Origin: Podarcis muralis
Taxonomy: Eukaryota
DNA: 64,000 nt
Assembly (NCBI RefSeq): GCF_964188315.1
Contig: NC_135664.1
Location: 24,986,001 to 25,050,000, forward strand
Reading direction: 5' to 3'
Shown: positions 1 through 12,287 of the stretch, piece after piece
Position numbering within the stretch: the stretch's first letter is position 1
Layout: each line of letters opens with the position of its first letter
Program-made: the position numbers and the translations under genes
Notes under the pieces: generated by a model
The model's input: only the letters and a program-made list of their open reading frames with translations
Told to the model about the DNA's origin: nothing
Database searches by the model: none

Positions 1-2231
1 AAGAGACAAGGATTGTAAACTGTTATAAATACGCATGTTATTTATAGGATATCCTATGACAAAAGGTTACCTAGGGAACTTGCAAAATAAAAACAAAGTT
101 TTAAAAATGCAATAAAAATGCAAGATGCAACACAGCATTAAAACAACACCAAATATGATTTAAATATATATATATCAGTAGTGATACAATTAAAAGGTAC
201 AACATGAATTAAAAGGCTTGGGAAAATGAAAACGTATTTACCAGGTGCCAAAAAGCCTTTAATATAGGTGTAAAGTGGGCCCTACAGTACATATAGCCAG
301 ATCCACAATGATAGTGTTATTTGTGCCTTGGCATAGTCTAGCATTCATATATGTGTACAGACAGCTACATAAAGAAACATAACTTCTGAACAGAACCTAA
401 GGATTTGCATTCTTATGTATCCTTACTTGTTTTTTGAACAATCAAGTAGTACATAAATTGCATAAAAATAAAAATATGAAGCCCCGTTGAACTCAGGGGA
501 TTCAATGTAAATTTTCAGACAAGTAGGTTTTTGAACACTAGATTTTTCCTTATAAATTGGAGACTTGATCACAGTACATCATTAAGGATATTCAGTATGT
601 GGGAATAGACACCTTCCTTTTAAAGACAGAGGGCACTTCCTTAGTCTAAGTCATTTAGATTGCTGCATACACATATATTTCTAATAGCTTTTGTATGCAG
701 GTGAAGGCACAATTGACTGAGCAGCATGAGCACAGTGAATCACCCTGAGTTACAGCAGGCAATTAGCAATTTCTGCCGAACTCTAATAGAGGCTCGCACA
801 CTGAGCAGCATTGCATTCTGGAAGTTGTTAGCTCTGCAATCAGCATTCCAAAACAGTGAGGCAGATATTTATTTAAAGCATTTTAATCCTGTTCCTCAGC
901 CAAAAAAGTCTTCTGGAGAAGTTTACAAACTGAACCGACTAACCAAACAAACAAAAACTGTTGGGAGTGGGATCTGCTTCCTATTATTGTTCCCTCTGAT
1001 GCCGTCTGGTAGCCTGGTGAAAGCCAAAGGCAGCTGATCTTTCAGTAGAGCTGATGAGATGGCGATTCTAAAATAGCATCAATCAGCTTGAACCTGTACG
1101 CAGAGAGCAGGTTGTGGTGGCCTTTTTGAAGGACCCAACCCACACTTCTCCATGCATGATGTCACACACATGCTGTACCACTGAGTCCCACAAATCTTCA
1201 GCCCAAGGCAGCGCCTCTGATTCTGCCTAAACCCTCTGGAGCTTCCTGGGTTCTCATCCCCTGGTTAGGAGGTTTTTCAGTTCATGAGTTAGTTCCTGAA
1301 AATCTTTAAGCATTTGATAATGAGTTCAACTGCTGTATGAAGCGCTATTCCCTTCAACATTAATGTGGAGGGCAATTTCCACTCTTACCAGCGATAACGT
1401 CTTTGGGTCATGCTACCACTTCTCTGTTAGTAAATAAATTCAGGTAAAACTGGGGAACAGCCAAGCCAACTTCTTAAATGTAACTTCAAAATGCAGTTAA
1501 ATTGAGAATCCGCTACTGCATGTGGTGCCATTTGTTGCATGGAAATAGAAAACAAACACACACACACATTTTATTATTATTTATTCATTTTCTTACATTT
1601 CTATCCCAATTTCCCCCCTCATGGAAGCCAAGATAACGTACTTGTGGTTCCTGCACCCATCAGTGCTTTAACTAGACCCAGACCTGTTTAGTTTTGGCAA
1701 GGTAGTGGCAACCTGTGCCATCCTTTAAACAATATCCTGAAACCAGATATTATTTATTTATTAATATCTATACTGTTTTATATTTTTAAGAAAAATCTTT
1801 ACAGCATATTAAACCAATAAAACATAAATAAAACAATCTGAAGAAAGTCAAATATAGAGCATACAGTCAAAGCAACACAACAGAAAACTAAAATATTATC
1901 TTAAAGATTTCAAAATAAAACATTGCGAAGGTCAACTACACAATACTTACATATCATAGTAGGGCTGGTGAGTGTGGGCCCCGCCCCCTAGGCCAGGTGG
2001 AAAGGGCCTTGTAGGGAGCGGCCTTCATGCCCCACAGCTGGGCGATGTTCCTCCGGCCTCATGAGAAGCCTCTTCAGTAGGGCTGGTGAGTGTGGGCCTC
2101 GCCCCCTAGGCCAGGTGGAAAGGGCCTCACAGCTGGGTGATTGTCACTAGGCCCCTCACTAAGTTCATATTGAAATGTAGCTGATGGTGTGTACCCTCAG
2201 CAAGTAGAGTACTTTAGTTTTTACAGGAACA

Positions 2232-2480
2232 CAGGGCCGTAGCTAGGGGGTGGCAAGGGAGGCCCCCGCTGGGGGTGCAGGCAGTTCCCCCCCACAAAAT
2301 TGGCTTTAAAATTGCCCATAAATATGTCTATAATTAAAAATATTGATTATTGCCTCATAAGAAATGAATGGGGGGGGGGGGTTGGAAAAGAGGCAGAAAG
2401 AAGAGCTAATTTGTCTGTGGCTAGGGGGCGCAATCTGGACAGTTCTGCCAGGGGTGCAAGATCACCCAGCTATGGCGGTG
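2232..2480. mobile_element. Non-autonomous hAT-like element (degenerate)
   Basis: Ends cagggccgtagctagg and cccagctatggcggtg are imperfect inverted repeats; no convincing TSD. Confidence 0.5.
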
Positions 2481-3589
2481 CTCGAATGCCTCCTTTCTCT
2501 ATCTTTTTGTTGGGATAGGTTACAAAGGCAGCAACCATATGGTTTGACTACTTCCTACAACTTCCTCTCAGCTGACCATCTCCAGACTGCAATTCTCTTT
2601 CTCCAACACCGTCTCTATGGAAGGTAGCAAGTGGGTTATCTGCATACTCATCCACAATCGAGAGCCTTGGATCTGAAGGGGTTAGGCTACTTAATAATGA
2701 AATAATAATAATACATTGGTCTTACATTCAAACAAACCCAAAGGAAAATTCAGGTGACTATGTTTAAAAATGTGTAGGGAGCCTGTGAAGATCAGTGCTC
2801 AACCAGGAAGGGTGAACTGATCACCCTTTTCTCACTCCTGGACTGCTTTTCCACCTTTCATGTTGACATCATCTGATTCTGATTCTAATATTCTCCTAGC
2901 CCCTTCCTCACATTCTGCAGGGTTACCGTAGAAACAGCAAGAAACAACTTTGCATCATCGCTATTCCGTTGCCCACTTCTTACCGGACGCTTGATCAGTA
3001 AGCAGTGTGAGGAGTGCTCTCAGCTTACCCTGTTTGTGTTACTTCAGCATTCCTATCAACATGGCAGGTAGGAAATTCTGCCATCGTGATGTTCACATGT
3101 TCTGCTTCATTGTCCCATGAAGCAGACATGGAAGCCAGCTGAGAAGGTAAGGGTTTATAGCTGGGGAATGGATTAAATCATTAGAGATGGTAACATACAT
3201 ACAAGTGGATGCTATGATAGACAGCAAAAGAAAAGGGAGAAAGGGAGAAGTCCTTAAAAAGCTACCCCAGTTAGTCAAGGTCCCAGTACCCCGCATGGGG
3301 TTTAGATAAGACATGACTAAGGCCCATTCAATGGCCTTCAATGGGACTTAGTCTTGAATATATCTTTCACTAGATATGCCAATAAAGTCTGAGGCTCCTT
3401 CAAAATCACATATTTATTTTCGGTACTACTGTCAATCTACATTGCACTTGTCCAAAGCAGCTTACAAACCAAGAGTTTCCAGGCAGCAACAACACAAAAC
3501 ATCAGTTTGGGAGGAAAAGCAGTAGATAAATAAGTAAATATCCATGAATGATCCATATTGATCCAGAACCAAAAGCACTTTGGTTAGAT

Positions 3590-3725
3590 CAGGCTTCCTC
3601 ATCCTCGGCCCTCCTGATGTTTTTGGCCTACAACTCCCATGATCCCTAGCTAGCAGGACCAGTGGTCATGGATTATGGGAATTGTAGCCTCAAAACATCT
3701 GGAGGGCCGAGGTTGAGGAAGCCTG
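3590..3725. mobile_element. Palindromic hAT MITE (136 bp)
   Basis: TIR caggcttcctc...gaggaagcctg, whole element near-palindromic, 8-bp TSD ggttagat/agttagat. Confidence 0.85.
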
Positions 3726-4366
3726 AGTTAGATTCTGTTCTCATGTGAGAGCCTAAAATAGGAATTGTTCTTTAGATGAATGATGGTCTTTGTTTCTGTT
3801 GTAACCCCTATCTCACTGAATTATAGAAACAGGTAAGCATAACAGGTGTAGGATTTAGCCGGTGCCTGTGACTTCACTAGGTATCCAGATTAACCTAGTC
3901 AAATTTGGGGGGTATCAACCAAGGGAGGAGTGTATCGTAGGGCTTGTTGTGACTCAAACTTGTCATAACCTCAGTTACTCTTCTCCTAATGGACGTCTTT
4001 TCTATCCTGGCATCTTCAGTTAAGGCCAACTGCCCATCACTGCATCATAACATTCTCTGGACAGTTAGAATCTTGGAGGTCACTGTGGTGACAGCAGGAA
4101 ACGGGTTCACATGACCCCAGCTCCAGGGGCTCCCGCTATGGATGCTGACTATGGAGCAGGGTGCATTTGAGGGCCCCTTGGGGGTATCACCCTCATGTTT
4201 TCCCTGAAAAGAAGGGGAATAACAGAGCATCTTGAAAGACAGAATCTGTTATGGCAACAGCAGCAGGGCAGGGCGATTCATCCGCGGAAGAGAGAGGGAG
4301 AAGATGGGAGAAAGATTATTTCTCAATGGGATCATAAGCAACTGGCTATCAGGGCGTAACAGAATA

Positions 4367-4608
4367 CAGTGGTACCTCGGGTTAAGTACTTAATTCGTTC
4401 CGGAGGTCCGTTCTTAACCTGAAACTGTTCTTAACCTGAAGCACCACTTTAGCTAATGGGGCCTCCTGCTGCTGCCGTGCCACTAGAGCACGCTTTCTGT
4501 TCTCATCCTGAAGCAAAGTTCTTAACCTGAAGCACTATTTCTGGGTTAGTGGAGTCTGTAACCTGAAGCGTATGTAACCTGAAGCATATGTAACCTGAGG
4601 TACCACTG
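4367..4608. mobile_element. Tc1/mariner (Tigger/pogo-like) MITE family A, copy 1
   Basis: TIR CAGTGGTACCTC, TA on both sides, internal aacctgaag repeats. Confidence 0.88.
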
Positions 4609-4849
4609 TAACAGGAAGACGTCAAGGCAGCAAAAGAAGGCCAACCATTAGGATCTTCCACAACCCTTTTCAAAGATCCAGTCGTTTAGAACCTCCAGCA
4701 ACAGGAGCTGGGGAAAAGACATCTCTCCTTGCCACTGCACAGGGACTTTGCAATGGCCACACCTATGAATCAATTATATAGACCACCTCACCTCCAGCTA
4801 GTCCAGGTGCAGCCTCCTGGGCTTGGACCCATCCAGTCCTGGCCTCTCT

Positions 4850-5465
4850 ACCTCAAAACAGGTCTTTGAAACCTGGAAAAGGTGGAAAAAAGTAAAACCT
4901 AAATTATCAAGGGGTTGGAGTAACTCCCTTATGTGGAAAGGTTGGGGCCTTTTAGTTTCAAAGGAAGAATGCTCTCTGTCAGCCCTGGTAGTTGTATTAA
5001 TTCTAGAACCATTAAAAAGCAAACTAATCAATGTTCTCTCTCATACAGGAGTGGTTGCAAACAGAAATGAACAAGATGCAGGCCTCTTTGCAGAGAATAG
5101 ACATTTATGCACCTCTGACTATCACAGCAGGCAAAATACTGTGTACAGAATTGGAACAGTTCTCCAGGGTCTCAGGATTGCAAGTTACTTTTAAGAAAGC
5201 AGAGGTAATGTTTTTCATACACCAACCTATCCAACAGACTTTTATAGCAATGTTGAAGATTCCAATAGCCAGGAAAAGTTTTAGATATCTGGGGATACAA
5301 ATTACCCAAAATTTGAACAAGTTGTATCAGTTTAATTATAGTGTGGTTTGGAAAGCTCTAAATAGGGATATAATACATTGGAATAAATTAAGACTCTTCA
5401 TTATGGACAAACCAGTTGCATTTAAAATAACGATTGTACCTCCATTTCTTTTCTTCCAGACTTGG
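4850..5465 (+). mobile_element. Decayed L1-clade LINE ORF2 (RT region) fragment
   Basis: ORF 5031-5477 contains FRYLGIQIT...LYQFNY...W..L..DI..WNKL, typical of non-mammalian L1 RT C-terminal region; frameshifted. Confidence 0.75.
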
Positions 5466-6438
5466 GTGAACGCGTGAGATGGAGGAGGACCCTGGAACCT
5501 ATCCCTGAGGGTTTCAGAAAAAGCCAGCCTGCCTGTGGGAAGGAAGATAGGGGAGACTTGGCCATAAAAGGGATAGGCATACCTAGCCCCCAAAAAAGAA
5601 TCTGCCAAAGAGAAAATAATACAAGGCCAAAAATGAAGCCCAAAAGGTGGAGAAAGGGGGCACCCGAGGGAGCAAAATAACCCTTGAGGAAAGGCCTAAA
5701 AAACACACTGAAAGCTTCTTTCGGCTGGTGCCCCCTCCCTAGCCCTCCTCCCGGCCGAAGCCATCAGCCCGATTTGGGTGGAGGCTGGCACCCCTTTCCT
5801 TTCCCACCCATGTGGATTACCCCAAGCCGTCAGCAGGACCATTTGGCTTGCATCCACATAGGTGGGCAACCATTTATCACCTTTCCCTCCCTACCCACTG
5901 GAGACCCCTGCCCAGCATTGCTGGCAGGGGTCCCACCCTACCTGACCTGCCACCCTTGCCCACCCCCAACCCTCCATATTGCCAGACACCCAGCCCTCTG
6001 AAGTAACACCTCCAGCCCCATCCCATCCAACCCTAGCCCATCAGGGGATTAAATACATACGAAGCCTCTGGAAAATATGAAACACCAAGTCAGGGGATTC
6101 CCTCCATTGACCAAGGTGAATTTGTGCCCGCTCACCACCTTCCCCCCACCTCCAAAACCTTCTGGCAGCGAAACAGGAGAATACTGACAACTAAATAAGA
6201 ATCCCATCCACTCAGAACTCCTGTTTCCTGTCTTAACTCTCTCTGCCACTGACCTCATGGGCAAAATACACATGGATTGATACTAGTACAATTGCTGACT
6301 AGACATAGGAGCCATGCTTTCTACCTTGAGTGAAAGCCATCTAAACCCAAGTAAAACTTGCTAGAGGTAAAGTAGAAGCACCCAGAGATACCTTGGGAAC
6401 TGGAGGAGGCAGTGCCCCCTTGGTTATGGGGTACCACT

Positions 6439-6615
6439 CAGTGGCGTAGCTAGAGGGGTGTGGGAGGGATGGATTGCCCCAGGCAGCTCTGGGCCTGCAG
6501 GGCGCCCGAGCTGCCGCATCCATCCCAGGCGCCTCCCCAGCTGGTGGGCACTCGGGGGATGTGATGCCTCAAGTGCCCTGCAGGCCCAGCGCTGCCTGAT
6601 TTGGGGGGCGGGGGG
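6439..6615. mobile_element. hAT-like element remnant with internal 15-bp inverted repeat
   Basis: Starts cagtggcgtagctag (similar to the end at 2232); ctgggcctgcagggc pairs with gccctgcaggcccag. Confidence 0.45.
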
Positions 6616-8339
6616 TGAGAAGGTGGTTTTTTTCATTTTTACAGTTCTCTCGATTTTTACTGCATTCTAAAAGATTGCCAAACGGATATGCCCACCCTGA
6701 ACCCATGTTCGGTGCCATCATCTGGGAAGGAAGGGGCTATGCTGGCCCGTACAAAACTGGAAATGACTCTTCTAAGATCATTTAATCATTTACTGCGATT
6801 GTCTGACTTTGTACTAGAAATCATTTAATTTGTATCTGTAACTGAATTCTGTTACGTATGTTTACGATTTCAAGAATTAATGTCTCACTGCAAGGAATGA
6901 GTGTGGATCTTTTGATTTATTAGATGGATTGAAATATGGATTTTATCTGCCATGTGACGATGCCCTGAATGTTTCAGTTGAGAATCTGAAATGCTGCTAT
7001 ATGTGATGTGTATATTTCTTGCCATCTACTGGCAGAAATGCACTTCTTCATGCCCTTAAAATATGTGCTGCAATATTTTTTCTGTGGTATGGAAGCATTT
7101 CTAAAGATGTTCGAGTCAAAGCAAAACAACCAAACCAATTTATATTTTAAGAAGCAATGCAACAAAGTAAGATGCTGAATTTCTGCACTGTTGGCTCTAG
7201 ATTTCACCAGGTTGATGTCTAGAGTTGAGCATTCCATTACCTTTTAAATGCATGCACCCTCTTCCCACTGAGAAGGGCTAAATCAAATGTAACTGCAGCT
7301 ATTTACTGGAGCTAATTTATATGACAAAGAAGCTGGGCTAGTGGTCTTCCCAGTTGATTCTCCAAATTCATTGTAAAGCATTAAAACCATCAAATATTAT
7401 GCTTAGCCAGCGACTTCAAAGCCATTACAGCTCATAAAAGCAGAGGTGATGGTGTTCCTGTAGTTTTTGTTTCTGTGCTCATTTGGAAATCAGACGCACA
7501 TCTGATAAAATATACCCCACTCCTCTGTAAACTGCAAGAGCATAGTCCCTACCCAGAGCTCAAAGTAGATTCAACAAGCCTGAAGGCTACCCGCCTTACA
7601 AGATCCTGTGGAGGCTAGAGATGTGAAGCTCCACGCCCCCCCCCCAAAAAACCCAGAAAAATTGGGGGAGTTTTTCCTAATTTTTTATTATTCGTTTCCA
7701 AAAACAAACAAACAAACAACCTGGGGAAAAGAAACTTAGGAAAAAGTGGAAATCCACCCCCCCACATTTTTTTTCTTATTTCCCCATGGACCTTCACATC
7801 TCTAGTGTAGGCAGAATGGTCAACACAGCTCAGTCCTCCATCGTCTTGTTGCTGCCCCCCAAAACCTGCTGGCTGAGAAGGGCACCTCACTCCACCTACT
7901 GGTAGGACCCATAACACTCAGTTCTGAAAACTTTGTGGTAGTTAATGCTTTTGACAAAGACAATTTTGCTATATACATGTCCCTCGCTATTCCTACCTTG
8001 TTGCCAAAGACTAGTTAAGGGAGATTTCCCCCCCTTTTGCCAAATGGAGTTTGCTAGACTGATGGAACAAGTACCTTTTTGCATGCCTGCACTGCTCAGA
8101 ATTGCCGCATTCACTCTGTCTTTCTATACGGTATTGCCTACTCAGGAGTAAGATCTGCTGAGTCCAATGGCACTTTCCCCCAGGTTAGTGGCTGCGATCC
8201 TATACCCACTTACCTGGCAGTAAGTCCCATTGAACTCAATTCTATTTGAGTTGCTGCAATAATCGAGCACCACCAAGAAGCCACTCTCAGCTAACTATAG
8301 AAAGCATAATCACCCAACAGATCTATATCCCAGCATTAT

Positions 8340-8547
8340 CTTCATCATCACCATCAACAGCAACACATGTGTATCTTAGCTTTCCTTCAAGGAGAGGTGG
8401 CATAGATGGTTTTCCTGTTTCCCATGTTGTCCTCACAACCCTGTAAGGTATGTTTGGCTGTGAGGTTGTGACTGGCCCAACATCACCCAGTGAGCTTCAT
8501 GACTGAGTGGGGATTTGAACATTGGCTTCCAGCTACTAGTTCAAGAC
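8340..8547 (-). mobile_element. Old Squam3/MIR-like tRNA SINE
   Basis: Degenerate match to the younger copies at 36563, 49420 and 62436. Confidence 0.6.
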
Positions 8548-8573
8548 TCTAATCACTACACCACACCGATGAA

Positions 8574-8735
8574 CAATGGATAGCTCAGTTGGCTAGAGCG
8601 TGGTGCTGATAACACCAAGGTTGCAGGTTCAATCCCTGCATGGGGCAACTTCATATTCCTGCATTGCAGGGGGTTGGACTAGACTAGAAAATCCTCAGGG
8701 TCCTTTCCAACTCTACAATTCTATGGTTCTATGAC
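8574..8735 (+). mobile_element. tRNA-Ile-headed SINE with CR1-type tail
   Basis: tagctcagttggctagagcgtggtgctgataacaccaaggttgcaggttcaatccc resembles tRNA-Ile; acceptor stem broken; tail gggggttggactag...attctatggttctatga. Confidence 0.8.
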
Positions 8736-8811
8736 TTGGGTGCCTGGAAAGAAATTTTGTCAGATACCCAAGTTATCTAGCTTCTATTTATGCCAGGCTA
8801 TTTATGCCAGG

Positions 8812-9148
8812 TTTTGAATTTTGGTCTTGAGAGTCCCATGGACTGCAAGAAGATCAAACCTCTCCATTCTTAAGGAAATCAGCCCTGAGTGCTCACTAGA
8901 AGGACAGGTCCTGAAGCTGAGGCTCCAATACTTTGGCCACCTCATGAGAAGAGAAGACTCCCTGGAGAAGACACTGATGTTGGGAAAGATGGAGGGCACA
9001 AGGAGAAGGGGGCGACAGAGGACGAGATGGTTGGATAGTGTTCTTGAAGCTACCAGCATGAGTTTGACCAAACTGCGGGAGGCAGTGGAAGACAGGAGTG
9101 CCTGGCGTGCTCTGGTCCATGGGGTCACGAAGAGTCGGACACAACAAC
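8812..9148 (+). mobile_element. BovB (RTE) LINE, 5'-truncated 3' end
   Basis: ORF 8821-9264 N-half RVPWTARRSN.SILKEISPECSLEG..LKL.LQYFGHLMRR.DSLEKTLMLGK.EG is BovB ORF2 C-terminus; end ggggtcacgaagagtcggacacaac; TSD atttatgccagg/atttataccagg. Confidence 0.93.
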
Positions 9149-9464
9149 ATTTATACCAGGAATGCTATTCATCCTTTTCATTGGTCTTAACAAAGTATTT
9201 GCGACAACTTAGGGAACTTAGCAGCACAACCCTAAGCATATTTACCAGAAGTAAATCTCATTGAACTCAAGGGGACTGATTGTCTTCTGACTAGACATAC
9301 ATAGGTCTGCGCTGTAAATGTATGCAGTGTTGCATTTAAATAGCAACTGAGAAAGGGCTTTGGGGGGTTGGAATTCTGAAAATGGCCATTCATATCGATT
9401 TACAGGTGCAGGGGGTTTGTGTCTGGGGTGCTGCATGCTTTTAGTGGTGGAATATGAAGATGCC

Positions 9465-9815
9465 GGGACGCAGGTGGCGCTGTGGGTAAAAGCCTCAGCA
9501 CCTAGGGCTTGCCGATCGAAAGGTCAGCGGTTCGAATCCCCGCGGCGGGGTGCGCTCCTGCTGCTCGGTCCCAGCGCCTGCCAACCTAGCAGTTCGAAAG
9601 CACCTCCGGGTGCAAGTAGATAAATAGGGACCGCTTACTAGCGGGAAGGTAAACGGCGTTTCCGTGTGCGGCTCTGGCTCGCCAGAGCAGCGATGTCACG
9701 CTGGCCACGTGACCCGGAAGTGTCTGCGGACAGCGCTGGCCCCCGGCCTCTTGAGTGAGATGGGCGCACAACCCTAGAGTCTGTCAAGACTGGCCCGTAC
9801 GGGCAGGGGTACCTT
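9465..9815 (+). mobile_element. Sauria SINE, full length, CpG-rich subfamily
   Basis: gggacgc.ggtggcgctgtggg head, B-box ggttcgaatcc, accttt tail; 12-bp TSD tatgaagatgcc (9453-9464, 9816-9827). Confidence 0.92.
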
Positions 9816-10289
9816 TATGAAGATGCCGCATTAAATTATGAATGTAAAAGTTAGGCTTTTGTTTCCACTTCCTGAAAATCAGGCAGACTTGCTGATACGG
9901 CGTTTTTATTATGGTTAGCTGCATTTATTTTGCATCATGTCAACATACATCAAGGGAATCGGTGACCCATTTTTTGAAGGGAAAGAGAGACTCTTCGAGT
10001 GCATGTTTTCCCAGGGGTCCTCCCTCTCTGTATCTGTGCCACATTGCTTGCCTTGATTTCTTAGAAGGAAGATGCTCCTGAAGTCTTTGAAGTTCTGAAA
10101 TTCTAAAGAGCTGAAGGAGTTCAGCAGTTCAGCACAACTGATACATCTATGCATAACTTTTTTCTCAAAAGACCACCAGCCATACACATCCTTTCCCTTC
10201 CCTTCCCTCTTCATCACCCACCAACTCCTCTCCTCCAGCACCCAACTGCTGCCTGCTGCACTCCCTAAGCCATACCCTCTAACATTTCT

Positions 10290-11052
10290 CTGATGATGAT
10301 GATGATGATGTTGATGATTCCCCACCCATTTGACTAGGTTGCCGCAGACACTCTGGGAGGCTTCCAACATATATAAGAACATAATAAAACATTAAACATT
10401 TTTAAAACTCTCCTACATAGGGCTGCCTTCAGATGTCTTCTAAAGGTTGTATAGTTAACAACAACAACAACAACAATTTTATTATTTATAACCCGCCCAT
10501 CTGGGTGGGTTTCCCCAGCCACTCTGGGCAGCTTACAGCACATAAAAAATTGTAAAACATTAGACATTAAAATTTTCCCAATACGGGGTTGCCTTCAGAT
10601 GTCTTCTAAAAGTCAGATAGTTGTTTATTTCCTTGACATCTGATGGGAGGGCATTCCACAGGGCAGGCGCCACTACCAAGAAGGCCCTCTGTCTGGTTCG
10701 CTGTAGCTTCATTTCTCACAGTGAGGTAACCTCCAGAAGGCCCTTGGAGCTGGACCTGTGTCCGGGCTGAACGATGGGGGTGGAGATGCTCCTTCAGGTA
10801 TACAGGGCCAAGGCCATTTAGGGCTTTAAAGGTCAGCACCAACACATTGAATTGTGCTTGGAAATGTACTGGGAGCCAGTGCGGGTCTTTCAGGACTGGT
10901 GTTATATGGCCTTGGCGGCTGCTCCCAATCACCTGTCTATCTGCTGCATTCTGGATTAGTTGTAGTTTCCGGGTCACCTTCAAAGGTAGCCCCACGTAGA
11001 GCGCATTGCAGTAGTCCAAGCGGGAGATAACTAGAGCATGCACCACTCTGGC
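10290..11052 (-). mobile_element. Two tandem L2 LINE 3' ends (about 10290-10455 and 10457-11052)
   Basis: ORF 10606-11046 [20 protein letters not shown]...LQLIQNAA is L2 ORF2 C-terminus; the 3' UTR block gctgccttcagatgtcttctaaa occurs twice; (ATG)n and (AAC)n tails. Confidence 0.88.
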
Positions 11053-11950
11053 ATGCGCTTATCTCCTTGGCTCAGGGGTTGTATAACAGGGAGGGTTAGC
11101 TTCTAGTAAGAGCAGGCCAGCAGACAGCCAAATTTGAGGGGCATTTGGATTTAATGGCTGAATACAAGAGAGAATGAAAGATGCTGTCTCGCATGCAAGA
11201 GGAGCAGCACCCCAACGAAGCAGATAATGTCGTTTTTGTGCAGTGGCACCATGCATGACAAATCCTCCCATGTCATTAAAAGATATACAAAGTGATTTGC
11301 TAGACAATAAGATCTGAGTTCCTAAAAAGCCACCAGTGTCGTAATAGAACTCTGTGTACATTTCCAAGCTAACCACGGCTAATCCCTTGCTGCCCACCTG
11401 CACTGGGGTCATTTAAATACTTACAAAATATTAAAGCAAAGCAAGTTAAGCTATGTTCATTACGCAGTAATCACAGCCTCTGGGTAGAAAGAACCATCAG
11501 AGAGTGATTGAAAGGGGAGGGTAATATTCAAAGCTTGGATTATTATTTTTAATGTAGCTACATTTTTGTCTCTTCAATTGAAATAAATGATTCCAGACTG
11601 TCAGTATTCTGCAGGAAACATTCAAGTGCACAACCAGAAGTTAAGGCTTGCACACTTAAATCGGATTAAAGCGTTCTGTTTCCCTAGAGCAACAAAGGCG
11701 TTTTCAAAATTGACTTTTGTGGTTTGGAAAGTGATGGGGAGGTGCATTGATAAGCATGGGGTGAACAAATGATTGACAGGCAGACGTGTAAACACCCTGC
11801 AAGCAAGTGAGGATGAATGCTCATTGTCATATAACTGCCCTGTAAACAAATCAGAATGAATGCTTGAGAAAGAGCAGACATTGTCCAACCACCAGGCAAG
11901 CTTTGGGCAAGCAAATCAGTATGACTCCTTGGAGATGCCCCATATGAAAT

Positions 11951-12279
11951 TGAAATATACTAGGAGTCCTGTAGTGATTTCATGCTCTTTACTGCAGCTT
12001 GTAAAACAGTGACTGAATTGCCCTCCCAAACCTCAGGCTTTTATATACATTATTTACACAATGAGTCCCGTCTGATTGGCTGATTCTGCTTCCCTCCTGG
12101 AGCCTGATTGGTCTTTTCCTGCAGGCCAATCAGTTGTTGCATTCTAGGATCCTACCAGCCTAATAGGCTGATTAACTTCTTCCTGGAGCCTGATTGGTCT
12201 TCTCCTGCAAGCCAATCAGTTGTTGCATTCTAGGATCCTACTTGCCTATTGCTCTAGGATCCAAGGTTAGTACATAACA
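11951..12279 (-). mobile_element. Solo LTR copy 1 (329 bp)
   Basis: Minus strand TG...CA, five CCAAT/ATTGG boxes, TATATAAAA, AGTAAA; 5-bp TSD gaaat (11946-11950, 12280-12284). Confidence 0.85.
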
Positions 12280-12287
12280 GAAATGAT

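Noticed and set aside
3975-4225. Minus-strand exon after a strong acceptor (ccccttcttttcag)
   Set aside because: All frames close within or near the candidate exon, no IFRD1 similarity, donor weak.
8574-8647. Functional tRNA-Ile(GAT) gene
   Set aside because: Acceptor stem does not pair (caatgga versus tggggca), no T-run terminator, and it runs into a CR1 tail; SINE head.
9927-9936. C/EBP-ATF (ATF4) element TGATGCAA, also near 2950, as an IFRD1 stress enhancer
   Set aside because: An 8-9-mer is expected several times by chance in 64 kb.
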